From: Eledone cirrhosa
Lineage: Eukaryota
Direction: 5' to 3'
Assembly: GCA_964016885.1 (NCBI GenBank)
Contig: OZ024743.1
Location: 356,314,001-356,378,000, forward strand
Length of the DNA: 64,000 nt
This document shows, piece by piece, positions 56,100 to 64,000 of the stretch. How positions within the stretch are numbered: position 1 is the first letter of the stretch; each line of letters begins with the position of its first letter. The position numbers were made by a program, and so were the translations under genes. The notes under the pieces were generated by a model, which was not told the origin of the DNA, did not search any database, and saw only the letters and a program-made list of their open reading frames with translations.

Positions 56100-59000
56100 T
56101 GGGGTTAGAGCATAAAGGTTTCTCTTTGGTCAGACAATAGACATAATTGGGGTTAGAGCATAAAGGTTTCTCTGTGGTCAGACAATAGACATAATTGGGG
56201 TTAGAGCATAAAGGTTTCTCTGTGGTCAGACGATAGACATAATTGGGGTTAGAACATAAAGGTTTCTCTGTGGCCAGACGATAGACATAATTGGGGTTAG
56301 AGCATAAAGGTTTCTCTGTGGTCAGACGATAGACATAATTGGGGTTAGAGCATAAAGGTTTCTCTGTGGTCAGACGATAGACATAATTGGGTTTAGAGCA
56401 TACAGCTTTCTCTGTGGTCAGACGATAGACATAATTGGGGTTAGAGCATAAAGGTTTCTCTGTGGTCAGACGATAGACATAATTGGGGTTAGAGCATAAA
56501 GGTTTCTCTCTGGTCAGACGATAGACATAATTGGGGTTAGAGCATAAAGGTTTCTCTGTGGTCAGACGATAGACATAATTGGGGTTCGAGCATAAAGATT
56601 TCTCTCTGGTCAGACGATAGACATAATTGGGGTTAGAGCATAAAGGTTTCTCTGTGGTCAGACAATAGACATAATTGGGGTTAGAGCATAAAGGTTTCTC
56701 TGTGGTCAGACGATAGACATAATTGGGGTTAGAGCATAAAGGTTTCTCTGTGGCCAGACAATAGACATAATTGGGGTTAGAGCATAAAGGTTTCTCTGTG
56801 GTCAGACGATAGACATAATTGGGTTTAGAGCATAAAGGTTTCTCTGTGGTCAGACGATAGACATAATTGGGGTTAGAGCATAAAGGTTTCTCTGTGGTCA
56901 GACGATAGACATGATTGGGGTTAGAGCATAAAGGTTTCTCTCTGGTCAGACGATAGACATAATTGGGGTTAGAGCATAAAGGTTTCTCTGTGGTCAGACG
57001 ATAGACATAATTGGGGTTAGAGCATAAAGGTTTCTCTGTGGTCAGACGATAGACATAATTGGGGTTAGAGCATAAAGGTTTCTCTGTGGTCAGACGATAG
57101 ACATAATTGGGGTTAGAGCATAAAGGTTTCTCTGTGGTCAGACAATAGACATAATTGGGGTTAGAGCATAAAGGTTTCTCTGTGGTCAGACAATAGACAT
57201 AATTGGGGTTAGAGCATAAAGGTTTCTCTGTGGTCAGACGATAGACATAATTGGGGTTAGAGCATAAAGGTTTCTCTTTGGTCAGACAATAGACATAATT
57301 GGGGTTAGAGCATAAAGATTTCTCTGTGGTCAGACAATAGACATAATTGGGGTTAGAGCATAAAGGTTTCTCTGTGGTCAGACGATAGACATAATTGGGT
57401 TTAGAGCATACAGCTTTCTCTGTGGTCAGACGATAGACATAATTGGGGTTAGAGCATAAAGGTTTCTCTGTGGTCAGACGATAGACATAATTGGGGTTAG
57501 AGCATAAAGGTTTCTCTCTGGTCAGACGATAGACATAATTGGGGTTAGAGCATAAAGGTTTCTCTGTGGTCAGACGATAGACATAATTGGGGTTAGAGCA
57601 TAAAGGTTTCTCTGTGGTCAGACAATAGACATAATTGGGGTTCGAGCATAAAGATTTCTCTCTGGTCAGACGATACACATAATTGGGGTTAGAGCATAAA
57701 GGTTTCTCTGTGGTCAGACGATAGACATAATTGGGGTTAGAACATAAAGGTTTCTCTGTGGCCAGACGATAGACATAATTGGGGTTAGAGCATAAAGGTT
57801 TCTCTTTGGTCAGACAATAGACATAATTGGGGTTAGAGCATAAAGGTTTCTCTGTGGTCAGACAATAGACATAATTGGGGTTAGAGCATAAAGGTTTCTC
57901 TGTGGTCAGACGATAGACATAATTGGGGTTAGAACATAAAGGTTTCTCTGTGGCCAGACGATAGACATAATTGGGGTTAGAGCATAAAGGTTTCTCTGTG
58001 GTCAGACGATAGACATAATTGGGGTTAGAGCATAAAGGTTTCTCTGTGGTCAGACGATAGACATAATTGGGTTTAGAGCATACAGCTTTCTCTGTGGTCA
58101 GACGATAGACATAATTGGGGTTAGAGCATAAAGGTTTCTCTGTGGTCAGACGATAGACATAATTGGGGTTAGAGCATAAAGGTTTCTCTCTGGTCAGACG
58201 ATAGACATAATTGGGGTTAGAGCATAAAGGTTTCTCTGTGGTCAGACGATAGACATAATTGGGGTTCGAGCATAAAGATTTCTCTCTGGTCAGACGATAG
58301 ACATAATTGGGGTTAGAGCATAAAGGTTTCTCTGTGGTCAGACAATAGACATAATTGGGGTTAGAGCATAAAGGTTTCTCTGTGGTCAGACGATAGACAT
58401 AATTGGGGTTAGAGCATAAAGGTTTCTCTGTGGCCAGACAATAGACATAATTGGGGTTAGAGCATAAAGGTTTCTCTGTGGTCAGACGATAGACATAATT
58501 GGGTTTAGAGCATAAAGGTTTCTCTGTGGTCAGACGATAGACATAATTGGGGTTAGAGCATAAAGGTTTCTCTGTGGTCAGACGATAGACATGATTGGGG
58601 TTAGAGCATAAAGGTTTCTCTCTGGTCAGACGATAGACATAATTGGGGTTAGAGCATAAAGGTTTCTCTGTGGTCAGACGATAGACATAATTGGGGTTAG
58701 AGCATAAAGGTTTCTCTGTGGTCAGACGATAGACATAATTGGGGTTAGAGCATAAAGGTTTCTCTGTGGTCAGACGATAGACATAATTGGGGTTAGAGCA
58801 TAAAGGTTTCTCTGTGGTCAGACAATAGACATAATTGGGGTTAGAGCATAAAGGTTTCTCTGTGGTCAGACAATAGACATAATTGGGGTTAGAGCATAAA
58901 GGTTTCTCTGTGGTCAGACGATAGACATAATTGGGGTTAGAGCATAAAGGTTTCTCTTTGGTCAGACAATAGACATAATTGGGGTTAGAGCATAAAGATT

Positions 59001-59400
59001 TCTCTGTGGTCAGACAATAGACATAATTGGGGTTAGAGCATAAAGGTTTCTCTGTGGTCAGACGATAGACATAATTGGGTTTAGAGCATACAGCTTTCTC
59101 TGTGGTCAGACGATAGACATAATTGGGGTTAGAGCATAAAGGTTTCTCTGTGGTCAGACGATAGACATAATTGGGGTTAGAGCATAAAGGTTTCTCTCTG
59201 GTCAGACGATAGACATAATTGGGGTTAGAGCATAAAGGTTTCTCTGTGGTCAGACGATAGACATAATTGGGGTTAGAGCATAAAGGTTTCTCTGTGGTCA
59301 GACAATAGACATAATTGGGGTTCGAGCATAAAGATTTCTCTCTGGTCAGACGATACACATAATTGGGGTTAGAGCATAAAGGTTTCTCTGTGGTCAGACA
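56100..59400. repeat. Near-tandem duplication at a 35-monomer offset (1,680 bp)
   Basis: Markers at offset 1680 = 35x48: ATGATTGG 56911/58591, CATAAAGATT 57311/58991, CGATACACAT 57671/59351. Confidence 0.9.
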
Positions 59401-60069
59401 ATAGACATAATTGGGGTTAGAGCATAAAGGTTTCTCTGTGGTCAGACGATAGACATAATTGGGGTTAGAGCATAAAGGTTTCTCTTTGGTCAGACAATAG
59501 ACATAATTGGGGTTAGAGCATAAAGGTTTCTCTGTGGTCAGACAATAGACATAATTGGGGTTAGAGCATAAAGGTTTCTCTGTGGTCAGACGATAGACAT
59601 AATTGGGGTTAGAACATAAAGGTTTCTCTGTGGCCAGACGATAGACATAATTGGGGTTAGAGCATAAAGGTTTCTCTGTGGTCAGACGATAGACATAATT
59701 GTGGTTAGAGCATAAAGGTTTCTCTGTGGTCAGACGATAGACATAATTGGGTTTAGAGCATACAGCTTTCTCTGTGGTCAGACGATAGACATAATTGGGG
59801 TTAGAGCATAAAGGTTTCTCTGTGGTCAGACGATAGACATAATTGGGGTTAGAGCATAAAGGTTTCTCTCTGGTCAGACGATAGACATAATTGGGGTTAG
59901 AGCATAAAGGTTTCTCTGTGGTCAGACGATAGACATAATTGGGGTTAGAGCATAAAGGTTTCTCTGTGGTCAGACAATAGACATAATTGGGGTTAGAGCA
60001 TAAAGGTTTCTCTGTGGTCAGACAATAGACATAATTGGGGTTAGAGCATAAAGGTTTCTCTGTGGTCAG

Positions 60070-62060
60070 ACGATAAACATAATTGGGGTTAGAGCATAAA
60101 GGTTTCTCTGTGGCCAGACAATAGACATAATTGCGGTTAGAGCATAAAGGTTTCTCTGTGGTCAGACGATAGACATAATTGGGTTTAGAGCATAAAGGTT
60201 TCTCTGTGGTCAGACGATAGACATAATTGGGGTTAGAGCATAAAGGTTTCTCTGTGGTCAGACGATAGACATAATTGGGGTTAGAGCATAAAGGTTTCTC
60301 TGTGGTCAGACGATAGACATAATTGGGGTTAGAGCATAAAGGTTTCTCTTTGGTCAGACAATAGACATAATTGGGGTTAGAGCATAAAGGTTTCTCTGTG
60401 GTCAGACTATAGACATAATTGGGGTTAGAGCATAAAGGTTTCTCTGTGGTCAGACGATAGACATAATTGGGTTTAGAGCATACAGCTTTCTCTGTGGTCA
60501 GACGATAGACATAATTGGGGTTAGAGCATAAAGGTTTCTCTGTGGTCAGACGATAGACATAATTGGGGTTAGAGCATAAAGGTTTCTCTCTGGTCAGACG
60601 ATAGACATAATTGGGGTTAGAGCATAAAGGTTTCTCTGTGGTCAGACGATAGACATAATTGGGGTTAGAGCATAAAGTTTTCTCCCTGGTCAGACAATAG
60701 ACATAATTGGGGTTCGAGCATAAAGATTTCTCTCTGGTCAGACGATAGACATAATTGGGGTTAGAGCATAAAGGTTTCTCTGTGGTCAGACAATAGACAT
60801 AATTGGGGTTAGAGCATAAAGGTTTCTCTGTGGTCAGACGATAGACATAATTGGGGTTAGAGCATTAAGGTTTCTCTGTGGTCAGACAATAGACATAATT
60901 GGGTTTAGAGCATACAGCTTTCTCTGTGGTCAGACGATAGACATAATTGGGGTTAGAGCATAAAGGTTTCTCTGTGGTCAGACGATAGACATAATTGGGG
61001 TTAGAGCATAAAGGTTTCTCTCTGGTCAGACGATAGACATAATTGGGGTTAGAGCATAAAGGTTTCTCTGTGGTCAGACAATAGACATAATTGGGGTTCG
61101 AGCATAAAGATTTCTCTCTGGTCAGACGATAGACATAATTGGGGTTAGAGCATAAAGGTTTCTCTGTGGTCAGACAATAAACATAATTGGGGTTAGAGCA
61201 TAAAGGTTTCTCTGTGGTCAGACGATAAACATAATTGGGGTTAGAGCATAAAGATTTCTCTGTGGCCAGACAATAGACATAATTGCGGTTAGAGCATAAA
61301 GGTTTCTCTGTGGTCAGACGATAGACATAATTGGGTTTAGAGCATAAAGGTTTCTCTGTGGTCAGACGATAGACATAATTGGGGTTAGAGCATAAAGGTT
61401 TCTCTGTGGTCAGACGATAGACATAATTGGGGTTAGAGCATAAAGGTTTCTCTGTGGTCAGACGATAGACATAATTGGGGTTAGAGCATAAAGGTTTCTC
61501 TTTGGTCAGACAATAGACATAATTGGGGTTAGAGCATAAAGGTTTCTCTGTGGTCAGACTATAGACATAATTGGGGTTAGAGGATAAAGGTTTCTCTGTG
61601 GTCAGACGATAGACATAATTGGGTTTAGAGCATACAGCTTTCTCTGTGGTCAGACGATAGACATAATTGGGGTTAGAGCATAAAGGTTTCTCTGTGGTCA
61701 GACGATAGACATAATTGGGGTTAGAGCATAAAGGTTTCTCTCTGGTCAGACGATAGACATAATTGGGGTTAGAGCATAAAGGTTTCTCTGTGGTCAGACG
61801 ATAGACATAATTGGGGTTAGAGCATAAAGTTTTCTCCCTGGTCAGACAATAGACATAATTGGGGTTCGAGCATAAAGATTTCTCTCTGGTCAGACGATAG
61901 ACATAATTGGGGTTAGAGCATAAAGGTTTCTCTGTGGTCAGACAATAGACATAATTGGGGTTAGAGCATAAAGGTTTCTCTGTGGTCAGACGATAGACAT
62001 AATTGGGATTAGAGCATTAAGGTTTCTCTGTGGTCAGACAATAGACATAATTGGGTTTAG
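60070..62060. repeat. Duplication at a 24-monomer offset (1,152 bp)
   Basis: Markers at offset 1152 = 24x48: TTGCGG 60134/61286, GACTAT 60408/61560, CTCCCTGG 60685/61837, GCATTAAG 60866/62018. Confidence 0.9.
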
Positions 62061-64000
62061 AGCATAAAGGTTTCTCTGTGGTCAGACAATAGACATAATT
62101 GGGGTTAGAGCATAAAGGTTTCTCTGTGGTCAGACGATAGAAATAATTGGGGTCAGAGCATAAAGGTTTCTCTGTGGTCAGACAATAGACATAATTGGGG
62201 TTAGAGCATAAAGGTTTCTCTGTGGTCAGACAATAGACAGAATTGGGGTTAGAGCATAAAGGTTTCTCTGTGGTCAGACGATAGACATAATTGGAGTTAG
62301 AGCATAAAGGTTTCTCTGTGGCCAGACAATAGACATAATTGGGGTTAGAGCATAAAGGTTTCTCTGTGGTCAGACGATAGACATAATTGGGGTTAGAGCA
62401 TAAAGGTTTCTCTGTGGTCAGACAATAGACATAATTGGGGTTAGAGCATAAAGGTTTCTCTGTGGTCAGACAATAGACATAATTGGGGTTAGAGCATAAA
62501 GATTTCTCTGTGGCCAGACAGTAGACATAATTGGGGTTAGAGCATAAAGGTTTCTCTGTGGTCAGACGATAGACATAATTGGGGTTAGAGCATAAAGGTT
62601 TCTCTGTGGTCAGACAATAGACATAATTGGGGTTAGAGCATAAAGGTTTCTCTGTGGTCAGACGATAGACATAATTGGGGTTAGAGCATAAAGGTTTCTC
62701 TGTGGCCAGACGATAGACATAATTGGGGTTAGAGCATAAAGGTTTCTCTGTGGTCAGACAATAGACATAATTGGGGTTAGAGCATAAAGGTTTCTCTGTG
62801 GTCAGACGATAGACATAATTGGGTTTAGAGCATAAAGGTTTCTCTGTGGTCAGACGATAGACATAATTGGGGTTAGAGCATAAAGGTTTCTCTGTGGTCA
62901 GACGATAGACATAATTGGGGTTAGAGCATAAAGGTTTCTCTCTGGTCAGACGATAGACATAATTGGGGTTAGAGCATAAAGGTTTCTCTGTGGTCAGACG
63001 ATAGACATAATTGGGGTTAGAGCATAAAGGTTTCTCTGTGGTCAGACAATAGACATAATTGGGGTTAGAGCATAAAGGTTTCTCTGTTGTCAGACAATAG
63101 ACATAATTGGGGTTAGAGCATAAAGGTTTCTCTGTGGTCAGACGATAGACATAAATGGGGTTAGAGCATAAAGGTTTCTCTGTGGTCAGACGATAGACAT
63201 AATTGGGTTTAGAGCATAAAGGTTTCTCTGTGGTCAGACGATAGACATAATTGGGGTTAGAGCATAAAGGTTTCTCTGTGGTCAGACGATAGACATAATT
63301 GGGGTTAGAGCATAAAGGTTTCTCTCTGGTCAGACGATAGACATAATTGGGGTTAGAGCATAAAGGTTTCTCTGTGGTCAGACGATAGACATAATTGGGG
63401 TTAGAGCATAAAGGTTTCTCTGTGGTCAGACAATAGACATAATTGGGGTTAGAGCATAAAGGTTTCTCTGTGGTCAGACAATAGACATAATTGGGGTTAG
63501 AGCATAAAGGTTTCTCTGTGGTCAGACGATAGACATAATTGGGGTTAGAGCATAAAGGTTTCTCTGTGGCCAGACAATAGACATAATTGGGGTTAGAGCA
63601 TAAAGGTTTCTCTGTGGTCAGACGATAGACATAATTGGGGTTAGAGCGTAAAGGTTTCTCTGTGGTCAGACAATAGACATAATTGGGGTTAGAGCATAAA
63701 GGTTTCTCTGTGGCCAGACAATAGACATAATTGGGGTTAGAGCATAAAGGATTCTCTGTGGTCAGACAATAGACATAATTGGGGTTAGAGCATAAATGTT
63801 TCTCTGTGGTCAGACAATAGACATAATTGGGGTTAGAGCATAAAGGTTTCTCTGTGGTCAGACCATAGACATAATTGGGGTTAGAGCATAAAGGTTTCTC
63901 TGTGGCCAGACGATAGACATAATTGGGGTTAGAGCATAAAGGTTTCTCTGTGGTCAGACAATAGACATAATTGGGGTTAGAGCATAAAGGTTTCTCTGTG

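Larger units (their letters stand above)
1..64000. repeat. 48-bp tandem satellite array, ~1,333 head-to-tail monomers, apparently continuing past both window edges
   Basis: Every line is the monomer AGAGCATAAAGGTTTCTCTGTGGTCAGAC[G/A]ATAGACATAATTGGGGTT, usually with 0-2 substitutions. Phase check: 7 one-base deletions (~2561, 3952, 6831, 23032, 27447, 31814, 37909) and 1 insertion (~41749) predict the window ends at monomer position 22, which it does (...GGTTTCTCTGTG). Confidence 0.99.

Noticed and set aside
50350-59358. 3002-aa minus-strand ORF as a real CDS
   Set aside because: It is a pure translation of the satellite. Its start is a GTG created by a point variant (GATACAC) and its stop is a TGC>TGA variant. 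There is no unique N- or C-terminus, and the commonest variants are non-synonymous (R/C, T/A, N/K, T/R).
1-64000. CRISPR array
   Set aside because: Monomers abut directly with no unique spacers, and there are no cas genes or leader sequence.
1-64000. True telomeric array or G-quadruplex tract
   Set aside because: No perfect TTAGGG runs were seen, and there is only one run of three or more G per 48 bp, so loops are too long for a canonical G4.
1-64000. Tandem ncRNA, tRNA or ribozyme array
   Set aside because: Only ~4-bp inverted repeats (AGAG/CTCT, TCTG/CAGA) are present; I recognised no cloverleaf, Pol III boxes or hammerhead core.
1-64000. Rolling-circle or sequencing concatemer artefact
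   Set aside because: Variants are hierarchically shared at exact monomer-multiple offsets and indels are very rare, which fits evolved genomic DNA. Individual block copy numbers could still be misassembled.
1-64000. CG/CA pattern as an information-bearing code
   Set aside because: Recurrences in the pattern are explained by the nested duplications; nothing indicates a reader or function.

Overview
The whole 64,000-bp window is one uninterrupted, single-orientation tandem array of a 48-bp monomer, consensus AGAGCATAAAGGTTTCTCTGTGGTCAGAC[G/A]ATAGACATAATTGGGGTT (about 42% GC; 14 G vs 6 C on the + strand), about 1,333 copies, with neither end of the array in view. I found no unique sequence, credible gene, RNA gene, transposon or CRISPR spacer. 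The long minus-strand ORFs (NPNYVY[R/C]LTTEKPLCS)n arise because 48 is a multiple of 3 and one of six frames lacks a stop; stops and frameshifts have been copied along with the array, so they are most likely non-coding. The real information is in the variant pattern: only 8 indels seen (7 single-base deletions and 1 insertion; net -6 matches the monomer phase at the window end), linked variant monomers, nested duplications of about 5, 24, 29, 35, 39, 74, 75, 91 and 115 monomers, and two alternating variant domains (A-B-A-B-A) with a match about 45 kb apart. It looks like a young, highly homogenised eukaryotic satellite, possibly subtelomeric or pericentromeric and possibly CpG-methylated. I cannot name the organism or repeat family, and the sequence does not support a new protein-coding system. 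All offsets were read by eye.
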